Of a DNA stretch of 32,000 nucleotides, positions 8,188 through 15,919 are shown piece after piece. The stretch spans positions 840,001 to 872,000 of the forward strand of contig CP060262.1 in the NCBI GenBank assembly GCA_022646745.1, written 5' to 3'. The translations under genes and the position numbers were made by a program. Position 1 is the first letter of the stretch; each line of letters starts with the position of its first letter. Below the pieces are notes generated by a model that did no database searches, was not told where the DNA came from, and saw nothing but the letters and a program-made list of their open reading frames with translations. The stretch is from Planctomycetales bacterium (GTDB lineage Bacteria > 4484-113 > JAFGCY01).

Positions 8188-10311
8188 CTACTCGATACCG
8201 GCCCTGGCCGCGTCGAATTCCGCAATTGCCCGCTGCAGGCCCTCGTCATCGGGGAACAGGGAAATCCCGTCCCGTAGCACCCTGTCAGCGCCATCGTTGT
8301 CACCGAGCCGCCGCAGGGCCGCGGATTCCAGCAGGCAGCACCGCGCATCCACATCCTCGCATGCGTGCATCTCAGTCAGCGCAGCCTTGGCCTGCTCCTC
8401 CATCCCGAGCTTGCTGTACAGCTCCGCCAGCCGCGCATGCCCGAGTGCCAGCCAGGGCCGGCTCTGCAGGGAGACGACATACTTGTCAACGCAGCCGTTG
8501 TACTTGCGCAGCTGCTCAGAATCAAGCGACTGCATGTCAACGCCGGCCAGCAGCCGGCCGATCTCCATCTGCACCGTCTGCAGCTCATCCTCCATGTGCG
8601 GCAGCAGCAGCTCGCTGCGCTTCTCCAGCGGGTAGTGCTCCAACGCTCGCACAGCTGCAAGGCGGATGATCGACTCATCGGACACCAGCCCGCCGCGGAT
8701 CGCATCCAGCCCGCCCTCGTCAGCGAAGCTGCCGAGCTCCTCCAGCGCAGTGGCCCGCACGATCGGCGCCTGGTCATGGTCCGTTGCCAGTTCACTGAGC
8801 CCCGCGATGCTGGCACGGTCGCCACTGCGCGCGGCCGCGAATACCGTGCCGAAGTGCGGTGCATGCTCAGTGCCGTACCAGCCCTGCCATGCACTGACGA
8901 TCTCGTCCAGCCCCATGTCGTCGTGGCACTGGCTGCAGGCGTTCGGCGTACCGATCTGCTGCGTCAGGTCCGGCCGCGGGATGCGGATGCTGTGGTCATG
9001 GCGCAGGTCCGCCCCGAGGTATTCGCGCACCGGCATGTGGCAGGCCACGCAGCTGGACCCCTCGCTGCCAGCGGGATGGAAGCTGTGCTTCTCGTTGTCA
9101 AACTTCTCCGCCGAGTGGCAGCGCAGGCACAGATCGTTGCCAGTTTCCCAGGTGCGGCCGGTATGCGGGTCGTGGCAGTCGGAGCAGCTCACGCCGTACA
9201 TGTACTCCCGGCTCTGCAGGAAGGAACCCGCCTCATAGACCTGCACATCGCCCGGCTGCCCGTCAGCCTCATACAGCCCCTCGCGCAGCAGCGCCAGGTC
9301 AACATAGTTCAGCGGGTCGCGGTCATAGCCGAATTCATCTACCAGTGGCTGCTGCAGCGCATGGCACTGCATGCAGGTCTCGACCTCCCGGCGTTCCGTG
9401 CGCCGCGGCTCACGGTAGGCCGTGCCGCTGGCTTCGTCCATCTTCCACTGATGTTCCTTGCCGGTCAGGAAGAAGATCAGGCCCTTGCGCGCCACCTTGT
9501 TCTCCAGGCCCTGGCGCTGGCCCTCAGCCCAGCCGATGTGGAACTTGGCACCGCCATGGCAGGACTCGCAGCCGACGTCATCCTCCGGCAGGTAGGTCTC
9601 GAAACCGCGGCTCTCCGCCTGGAAGCCAACCTTGGTTCCGCCGGCATGGCAACGGATGCAGTTCGTGTTCCAGTTGGCATTCCAGCCCAGCCAGTTGTGG
9701 CCACCGCTCATTTCATGCGGGCTGCTGGCCGGCAGGCGGAACCAGCGCTGGCCACCGTCCGCAGCTTCGCGCATATCCCAGCCGATGTCCAGCACCTGCA
9801 GGCGGCCATTGCCAATGTCCAGCGCGTATTGCTGGATGCTCTGCCCGCCGATCGCCCACTTCACTTCATAGTCCCGCGCTTCCTGTTCCGGGGCTGCGGT
9901 ATGCACTATGTACTTCTCGCCATCCCGGAAGAAGCGTGCACTGCCAAGTTCATCCGTAAACTCGACATCATTGAAATCGCCGTGCACGAACATCGGTTCC
10001 ATCACATTGTTGGCAAGGTCATGCGCGGTCTGGCGGTAGCCCACCACCAGTTCCTTGTGGCAGCTGAAGCAGTCCCCGCGACCCTTGAAACCGGCGCTGG
10101 CCAGCCGCGGAAGGTTGCCATCCGATGGGTCCTGCATGTCCTTGACCCGTTCCTCAAGTGTCATGCTGCTGGCATAGGCCGGCTTGTTATGGGACTTGCC
10201 CTGGCCAGTGGCCAGCTGTCCGCCGGTGTTGGCATCCTGATCGCGGCATCCGGTAGCTACCGCAAGCAGCAGCAATGCTATCAGGCCTGTGGACAGTTTC
10301 CCCGGGTTCAT
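8188..10311 (-). CDS. Octahaem c-type cytochrome lipoprotein with C-terminal HEAT/TPR-like helical repeats
   Basis: Lipobox signal MNPGKLSTGLIALLLLAVATGC. Eight CxxCH motifs (CFSCH, CIRCH, CESCH, CMQCH, CSDCH, CLRCH, CVACH, CSQCH). Motif RHDHSIRIPRPDL..PNACSQCH. C-terminal third has HEAT-like repeats (IVRATALEELG, IIRLAAVRALEH) and TPR-like helices. Confidence 0.9.
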   Translation of the reverse strand: MNPGKLSTGLIALLLLAVATGCRDQDANTGGQLATGQGKSHNKPAYASSMTLEERVKDMQDPSDGNLPRLASAGFKGRGDCFSCHKELVVGYRQTAHDLANNVMEPMFVHGDFNDVEFTDELGSARFFRDGEKYIVHTAAPEQEARDYEVKWAIGGQSIQQYALDIGNGRLQVLDIGWDMREAADGGQRWFRLPASSPHEMSGGHNWLGWNANWNTNCIRCHAGGTKVGFQAESRGFETYLPEDDVGCESCHGGAKFHIGWAEGQRQGLENKVARKGLIFFLTGKEHQWKMDEASGTAYREPRRTERREVETCMQCHALQQPLVDEFGYDRDPLNYVDLALLREGLYEADGQPGDVQVYEAGSFLQSREYMYGVSCSDCHDPHTGRTWETGNDLCLRCHSAEKFDNEKHSFHPAGSEGSSCVACHMPVREYLGADLRHDHSIRIPRPDLTQQIGTPNACSQCHDDMGLDEIVSAWQGWYGTEHAPHFGTVFAAARSGDRASIAGLSELATDHDQAPIVRATALEELGSFADEGGLDAIRGGLVSDESIIRLAAVRALEHYPLEKRSELLLPHMEDELQTVQMEIGRLLAGVDMQSLDSEQLRKYNGCVDKYVVSLQSRPWLALGHARLAELYSKLGMEEQAKAALTEMHACEDVDARCCLLESAALRRLGDNDGADRVLRDGISLFPDDEGLQRAIAEFDAARAGIE

Positions 10312-10480
10312 GTCTCGCTTAGTTTATCCCCTGTTGATCTGCCGTCCCATCTTTGACGGCGCTTGGGCCGGATCAGTTCGCGGAGAACTCGGATACTAAA
10401 TAAAACAATTCCGCAGCTTTGCCGGTCAGAACAACTGGCCCGGGTGGGGGGCCTGGATGTAGATTGTGCGGAGGATTGAG

Positions 10481-11026
10481 ATGATGAAGACAATATTGCT
10501 GGCCGGCGTGGCCAGCCTGCTGGTAAGCGGCATCGCCGCCGCCCAGGATCCTGCTGTTCCTGCGGGGACCACAGTTGTTGCTGCCAGCGAGCGCTGGGGC
10601 AACGCCCCGGATTTCAGCCTGACCACCTTCGAGGGTGATGAAGTGGTCATTTCCGAGCTGGGCGGCCGGCCGCTGCTGCTCAACTTCTGGGCTGAGTGGT
10701 GCCCGCCCTGTGTGGCGGAGCTGCCTATGCTGCAGGAAGCCTACGAGCAGTACGGCGAGGATGTGCAGTTCCTGACGGTCAACCTCGAGAAGGGCCGGAT
10801 GGACCCGGGAGCGTTCCTGGAGCAGCGCGGGATCAGCATCCCGGGCGGCCTGGCGGATAACGAGGTCGGACTGCGCTACGGCATCAGCGGCATCCCTGCG
10901 ACCTTCTTCATTTCCAGCGAGGGCAATGTGCTCGGCATGAAGACCGGCGCCTTCGTGGAGGGTGAGCTGCCCTATGTACTTGATGCGATGCTGGCATATG
11001 AGGACAGCCTGCTGGTCACCGAATAG
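10481..11026 (+). CDS. TlpA/ResA-like periplasmic thiol:disulfide oxidoreductase (thioredoxin fold)
   Basis: ATG 10481 lies 5 nt after GGAGGA. Signal peptide MMKTILLAGVASLLVSGIAAAQD. Motif NFWAEWCPPCVAELP (WCxxC) and GIPATFFISSEG (cis-Pro loop). Confidence 0.9.
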   Translation: MMKTILLAGVASLLVSGIAAAQDPAVPAGTTVVAASERWGNAPDFSLTTFEGDEVVISELGGRPLLLNFWAEWCPPCVAELPMLQEAYEQYGEDVQFLTVNLEKGRMDPGAFLEQRGISIPGGLADNEVGLRYGISGIPATFFISSEGNVLGMKTGAFVEGELPYVLDAMLAYEDSLLVTE

Positions 11027-11123
11027 GCGGCAGGACCCCGCTCCAGGCAGGCCATACACTTTATGGCGCTGCAAGTGAACACGGGATAGAATGTGGATAG
11101 CACGCAAACCTAAAGGCACTACG

Positions 11124-11522
11124 ATGGCTGCAGGACGACGCAATACACAACAGCGCAAGAAGATCCGTGAGGTCTTCGAGAAGGCGGGCCGGCCTCTCAA
11201 TGTTGAGGAAGTCCACTCGCTCGTGCGTGAAATCATCCCCGGTCTGGGCATCGCCACGGTCTACCGCGCGATCAACGACCTGGTGGAGGAGGAATGGCTC
11301 AAGCCGGTTGAGTTGCCTGGCCGCAACAACAGCTATGAGCTCAGCCACCTCGGCCACCACCACCACTTCATCTGCAATGAGTGTGACAAGGTGTTCGACC
11401 TCGAAGGCTGCCCCGGTTCCATGAAGGACCTGATCCCGGAAGGCTTCAAGGCCAAGGCCCATGACATCACGATCTGGGGCCTTTGCTCTCACTGCAACGA
11501 AGAGGAAGTGCCGAGCGCATAG
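11124..11522 (+). CDS. Fur-family metalloregulator (Fur/Zur/PerR subtype not resolvable)
   Basis: RRNTQQRKKIREVF..GIATVYRAINDLVEEEW (winged helix), HHHHFICNECDKVFDL and CSHCN (two CxxC pairs). Start at M12 of the track ORF is preferred (AAAGG upstream); ATG 11091 is possible. Confidence 0.9.
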   Translation: MAAGRRNTQQRKKIREVFEKAGRPLNVEEVHSLVREIIPGLGIATVYRAINDLVEEEWLKPVELPGRNNSYELSHLGHHHHFICNECDKVFDLEGCPGSMKDLIPEGFKAKAHDITIWGLCSHCNEEEVPSA

Positions 11523-11822
11523 GCAGGGCGCTGGGATCTGGGCTGGGGCCTGCGATCCGCACATATTAAATAGTTAACACCCTCCCGAGGGCAGCAACTC
11601 AGCCTGCTTTCGGATCTCAATGCATCAAATTCAGGCCTGTAGCCCCGCCCAGCGGCCTTGTTTGCCTGCTCCCAGAGCCCCACGGCCAGATATTCCTTCG
11701 ATATTTCGAAAATTCGGAAGTTTTATGTTTATAAATCCCCGGGGCGGGGAATTACAAGTGGTTTCGAAAGGAGCAGGAACTTCTGAGAAGCCCCAACAAC
11801 AATATTCTCAGAGGTGAATGTC

Positions 11823-12428
11823 ATGAAAGTCAACGGAATCATCGCTCGTATCGCAGCAATCGCAGTTCTCTCCATCAGCGCCCTCGTCGCATCCTGCGGT
11901 GGTGGCTCAGTCGCCAGTGACATGGATGCCCAGCTTGACCAGAACAGCCAGGCCAGCAACATCATTGACGAGATCAGCGTGGCGGACGACATCAACGCCC
12001 AGGCTGATATCGACAAGGGCACCAGCGGCTACGACGGCTACTGGGTTGAAAGCGCAGACGCCGCCTATGTGGACGGCCTCGACATCCTCTTCCAGTTCAA
12101 GAAGAACGGCATGGGCCAGTACAAGTTCGTGATCTACATCACCAACAACTCCGCCCACTCCCGCATCGTCGACTTCAAGGACTTCAGCCTGAACTACGAC
12201 TACTTCGTCTACCAGAACGGCGTGAAGAAGTGGCAGGCCAGCCAGGACAGCTTCTGCCTCGTGATCGAGCCGGACTTCTACCTGCCGCCCTACCAGACCA
12301 AGTCCTACGAAGTCCCCTGGGATGGCAAGGACCTCAGCAACCACGTGGTCAGCGGCCTGGCCACCGTCAAGGGCAAGCTCTACCTCAACAGCGGTACGGT
12401 GCTCCTTGAAGGCCCCGCCTACATCTAA
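11823..12428 (+). CDS. Lipoprotein with BsuPI-like (intracellular proteinase inhibitor-type) beta-sandwich domain, tentative
   Basis: ATG 11823 after AGAGGTGA. Lipobox signal MKVNGIIARIAAIAVLSISALVASC. Segment KFVIYITNNSAHSRIVDFKDFSLNYDYFVYQNGVKKWQASQD...LPPYQTKSYEVPWDGKD resembles the B. subtilis Ipi/BsuPI pattern. Codon bias is strongly C-ending. Confidence 0.7.
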   Translation: MKVNGIIARIAAIAVLSISALVASCGGGSVASDMDAQLDQNSQASNIIDEISVADDINAQADIDKGTSGYDGYWVESADAAYVDGLDILFQFKKNGMGQYKFVIYITNNSAHSRIVDFKDFSLNYDYFVYQNGVKKWQASQDSFCLVIEPDFYLPPYQTKSYEVPWDGKDLSNHVVSGLATVKGKLYLNSGTVLLEGPAYI

Positions 12429-12477
12429 GGCAGTGCCACAAACAACCAAGCTAACCACTTTCCATACACACAGTCCC

Positions 12478-12512
12478 CGGCCCGGAGCAATCCGGGCCGC
12501 TGTGCTTTCTTG
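12478..12512 (+). terminator. Probable rho-independent terminator
   Basis: 9-bp stem CGGCCCGGA / TCCGGGCCG with a GCAA loop, followed by CTGTGCTTTCTTG (interrupted T tract). Confidence 0.55.
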
Positions 12513-12532
12513 CGCCATGCTATAAACCCAAC

Positions 12533-12561
12533 TTGACAACGCCCCTGCGGCACAGTAATAT
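12533..12561 (+). promoter_or_regulatory. Near-consensus sigma70 promoter TTGACA - 17 nt - TAATAT for the rhomboid/Sel1 operon
   Basis: TTGACA at 12533-12538 and TAATAT at 12556-12561 with a 17-nt spacer. A second TGCTATAAA element sits just upstream, around 12519-12527. Confidence 0.5.
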
Positions 12562-12591
12562 CTAAGTGGGACAGGGCCCTGCGGGGCCAGC

Positions 12592-13806
12592 GTGGCAGCT
12601 TACGACCTGCCGCATTCGCAAAGGGGGACAGAATTGGCAATACCGCTCCGTGACAACGCACCGAAGGGTGCGGAACCCGTCGTCACTCCCGCCATCATCG
12701 GCGTCTGCGTGCTGGTGTTCGGCCTGCAGTGCCTGCACCCCGGCGGGATTGAGGGTTCCTGCATGCAGTGGGGTGAGATCCCGGCACGCATCTTCGCCGG
12801 TGAGCTGGTGCCTGGCACCGGCCTGAGCGCCTGGTGGACCGTGCTGACCAGCATGTTCATGCACGGCGGGCTGGCGCACATCATCGGCAACATGGTGGTG
12901 CTCTGGCTGTTCGGTGACAACGTGGAATGGCTGATGGGCCGCGCGCGCTTCCTGCTGTTCTACATCCTCAGCGGCATCGGGGCCAGTTTGGTCACGATCT
13001 GGCTCGGCAGCGAAAGCAGCTTGCCCGGCGTAGGTGCCAGTGGGGCGATCGCCGGCGTGATGGCGGCCTACCTGATCTTCTATCCGCGAGCCCGCATCAC
13101 CTCCCTGATGTGGATCGACCCCTTCAGCCTCGGGCATGCCTGGACCGGCAGCTGGGGCTTCGTGACCCGCAACATCTCGGCACTGTGGTTCATCGGCAGC
13201 TGGATCGTGTTCCAGCTGCTGCTGGCAACGCTGTTCATCGGCAGCGAAACCTGGCTGAACCTCGGCATCTATGCCCATGCCGCCGGGGCGATCACCGGAG
13301 CATTGATCTGCTGGCCGCTGGTGATTGAGAAGCGCCGGCCGGCGGCTGACCATCCCGTGTACACCGACTCAATCAGTGCCGCAGTGTTCGGCGACGAGGG
13401 CGATGCCGGCGGCAGCAGTGTGCCGGTCCAGCGGCTCGGGGCCCTGGTGCAGGAACTGCGTGAGGAACAGCGCATGCCGGAACCGGAGACCTTCTCCGAT
13501 CCGGTGGCCCTCGACATGGTGCAGGCCGGCAAGCTGGAGCAGGCCCTGCGCCACTGCCGGGACATGCTCGAGATCAACATGCAGCAGGGCAACCGTGGCC
13601 GCGCGCGCGGCTATGAACGCCTGATTGACGAACTGCAGGACACCCTCGCCCTCAGGGACCGCCGCCAGCAGGAACGCAGCCAGCGCACTGAAGCTGCGCC
13701 TGTGCCAGCCTGGCAGTCCGGCAATGCGGGGCTCGAGCGGCGGATTGCCAGCCGCCGCAGGGAACTGCTGTCCCGCTCCCGTGCGCAGGACCCCTGGCCT
13801 GACTGA
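12592..13806 (+). CDS. Rhomboid-family intramembrane serine protease with a cytoplasmic helical C-terminal extension of about 150 aa
   Basis: Motifs FMHGGLAHIIGNMVVLWLFG (TM2 H..N), GASGAIAGVMAAY (catalytic Ser) and YAHAAGAITGAL (catalytic His helix). The start is ambiguous: GTG 12592, or TTG 12634 which lies 5 nt after AGGGGGA. Confidence 0.9.
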   Translation: MAAYDLPHSQRGTELAIPLRDNAPKGAEPVVTPAIIGVCVLVFGLQCLHPGGIEGSCMQWGEIPARIFAGELVPGTGLSAWWTVLTSMFMHGGLAHIIGNMVVLWLFGDNVEWLMGRARFLLFYILSGIGASLVTIWLGSESSLPGVGASGAIAGVMAAYLIFYPRARITSLMWIDPFSLGHAWTGSWGFVTRNISALWFIGSWIVFQLLLATLFIGSETWLNLGIYAHAAGAITGALICWPLVIEKRRPAADHPVYTDSISAAVFGDEGDAGGSSVPVQRLGALVQELREEQRMPEPETFSDPVALDMVQAGKLEQALRHCRDMLEINMQQGNRGRARGYERLIDELQDTLALRDRRQQERSQRTEAAPVPAWQSGNAGLERRIASRRRELLSRSRAQDPWPD

Positions 13807-13849
13807 AGCCCGCCCGGACACATGGTGGACAATATGTGTCATCAGAGGC

Positions 13850-14875
13850 ATGCGACAACATAAGCGATATGCGAGGACCCTGGCAGTGGTCCTGCTGCTG
13901 GCAGGGCTGCTGCTGGCTGCCGCTTCCTGCCGCAAGGCCCAGGATGGCACTGCCCAGGGTGAAGCCCGCAGCGGCCAGCCGGCCCGTCCGGCTGAGGATG
14001 GCAACGGCGAAAGCGCGCGCGGACCGGAGACGGACCCGGAAGGCAATGCCCTGCTGCGCCAGTCAGCGCTGGCAGCGCAATATGGCATCTTGCGACCGGA
14101 GGACCATAGCGCCGCCCAGGCGGATTTCCGCAAGGCCTACGAAAATGGCGACAACCTGGCCGGGATCTACCTCTATTACCTGCTGGGGATCGAACCCGGC
14201 TTCGAGGACCGGCTGGCGGAGCGCACGCAGATCGCGAAGGACTGCCTGATCGATGTCAACCGCCGGGCCAAGGCGGAAGAGCCTGAGGCGCAGTACCTGA
14301 TGAGCCTGATGCGCCTGCAGTACATCGACGAGGAGGACAGCCGCGCCTTCATTGACGAACAGCTGCAGGCGGCCTGCGCGGATGGCAACGCGGCAGCCTG
14401 CTACCTGCATGGGGAACTGCTGGCCGCCGGTGACCTCGGCGAGGCGGACCACAGCGCCGCCGAGCAGCAGTTCGAACACTGCGTCGGGCTGGGCTGCAAC
14501 TACGGCCACTACGGGCTGTCGCGCCTGTATGGCAACCCGGACAGCCCGCTGTACGACCTGCCGCAGTCCATCGAACAGGCCCGCATCGCCGCCGCGGCCG
14601 GCAACCACCACTGCATGGAATACCTCGCCTTCTGTTACTACATGGGCGAAGGGGTCGAGCAGGACCTGGCAATGACGCGTGACTACTACCGCCAGGCCGC
14701 CGAACTTGGCAACGCTGAATGTGCCGGCAAGCTGGCTGCGATGATGATTGACGGCGAGGGCGGTGATGTCGACCTGGCGGGAGCGCGCCAGTGGCTGGAG
14801 AGGATCCACATCGCTGACTACCAGCCCTTCGTTGACGAGATGCTTGCGGAAATTGACGAAAAGCAGGGATCCTGA
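13850..14875 (+). CDS. Sel1-like repeat (SLR) lipoprotein
   Basis: The true start is probably ATG 13850 (MRQHKRYARTLAVVLLLAGLLLAAASC, lipobox); the track ORF 13625 overlaps the rhomboid gene. SLR motifs include CMEYLAFCYYMGEGVEQDLAMTRDYYRQAAELGNAECAGKLAAMM. Confidence 0.85.
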   Translation: MRQHKRYARTLAVVLLLAGLLLAAASCRKAQDGTAQGEARSGQPARPAEDGNGESARGPETDPEGNALLRQSALAAQYGILRPEDHSAAQADFRKAYENGDNLAGIYLYYLLGIEPGFEDRLAERTQIAKDCLIDVNRRAKAEEPEAQYLMSLMRLQYIDEEDSRAFIDEQLQAACADGNAAACYLHGELLAAGDLGEADHSAAEQQFEHCVGLGCNYGHYGLSRLYGNPDSPLYDLPQSIEQARIAAAAGNHHCMEYLAFCYYMGEGVEQDLAMTRDYYRQAAELGNAECAGKLAAMMIDGEGGDVDLAGARQWLERIHIADYQPFVDEMLAEIDEKQGS

Positions 14876-15900
14876 TGCAAGCGGAGCAGCGCAATCCCGG
14901 ACCAAGTACCGAGCAGAAGTTCAGGATCCGCCTGCTGGTTTTCATTGCCCTGCTCTGCCTGCTGGCCTTGTCAATCCTCGTGCTGGCTGGCCGCTCAGCG
15001 CTGCTGCTGTACGGATCACACAGGATGATTGGTGACAGCACGCATCAGGAGGAAGGGAATGCCGCTCTGCGGGAGCAGGGACGCAACCTGCTTTATGGCA
15101 TTGGTTGCCCGATCGACCAGCAGCGTGCTGAGCAGCTGTTCAGGGAAGCCTATCAGGCCGGGGACAAGCTCAGTGGAGGCTACCTTTACATGGTCATCAG
15201 GCACAAAGTACTCAGCGAGGATGAGCAAAATGAGCAGGGCCGGCTCTGGCGGGACTGCAAGCCGGCAATCTATGGGGCGGCCTACCAGGGTGACATGGAT
15301 GGCAAGTTCCTTGCAGCGATGAGGCAGAAGTACGTTTTGGATGACAACACGGAAGCGGTCAGGCTCTGGCGCAAGGAGATAGGCGAGGCAAGCGATGCCG
15401 GTTTCCCGCCGGCGATGGTGGAACGGGGTTACAGGATCCTAGATGGCGATGTCTGGGATTACGATGTCAATGAGGCGATGGACTGGTTCCGGAAGGCCCA
15501 TGAGGCCGGCTGCCTTGCAGGCACGGGCGGAATGGGTGCTACTGCGGCGTTGAATGATTACAGCGGCAGGGAAAAACCACTCATGATTGAATACCTCCGG
15601 CAGGCTGCCGACGGTGGAGACCCGATGGGGAACCTGACACTTGGCAACATGTATTACTACGGCGATGGCCTGCCTCTGGACTATGGTCAGGCGCTTGAGT
15701 ACTACCGCAGGACTGCTGAAGCCGGTGGTTCAAATGGATACCGGTATGTCGCACGCATCCTGATCCGCGGACTGGCTGGCCCGGCAGATCTTGCGGGAGG
15801 ACGAGCAGCGCTGGAAACATCGCTAGGATATGGCGAGGACGAGGAGAAGCTGGCGCTGCTGGCGGAACTGGAGGAGCTGGAAGCCGCTGCCGGCAGGTAA
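14875..15900 (+). CDS. Single-pass membrane-anchored Sel1-like repeat protein
   Basis: The ATG overlaps the upstream TGA by 1 nt (TGATG). KFRIR plus TM helix LLVFIALLCLLALSILVLAG. SLR motif GNLTLGNMYYYGDGLPLDYGQALEYYRRTAEAGG. Confidence 0.85.
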   Translation: MQAEQRNPGPSTEQKFRIRLLVFIALLCLLALSILVLAGRSALLLYGSHRMIGDSTHQEEGNAALREQGRNLLYGIGCPIDQQRAEQLFREAYQAGDKLSGGYLYMVIRHKVLSEDEQNEQGRLWRDCKPAIYGAAYQGDMDGKFLAAMRQKYVLDDNTEAVRLWRKEIGEASDAGFPPAMVERGYRILDGDVWDYDVNEAMDWFRKAHEAGCLAGTGGMGATAALNDYSGREKPLMIEYLRQAADGGDPMGNLTLGNMYYYGDGLPLDYGQALEYYRRTAEAGGSNGYRYVARILIRGLAGPADLAGGRAALETSLGYGEDEEKLALLAELEELEAAAGR

Positions 15901-15919
15901 TGTGAGTCCCCTCGCTTGA

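Noticed and set aside
8365-10356. 663-aa plus-strand ORF lying almost entirely inside (antisense to) the cytochrome gene
   Set aside because: Composition is Arg/Leu/Ala/Gln/His/Val-rich with no motifs, as expected for the antisense frame of a GC3-rich gene. The minus-strand product has 8 CxxCH motifs and a lipobox, so it is the real gene.
11620-11817. 65-aa ORF in the fur/lipoprotein intergenic region
   Set aside because: Pro/Arg-rich translation with no ribosome-binding site. It spans the AT-rich promoter-like region of the downstream gene.
13625-13849. Long N-terminal extensions implied by the ORF-track starts (13625; also 8148, 29342, 23804, 25137, 10466, 11091, 21711, 5341)
   Set aside because: The extensions overlap neighbouring genes, terminators or promoters. 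They precede internal ATGs that have Shine-Dalgarno sequences and give canonical signal peptides or lipoboxes, so the downstream starts were preferred.
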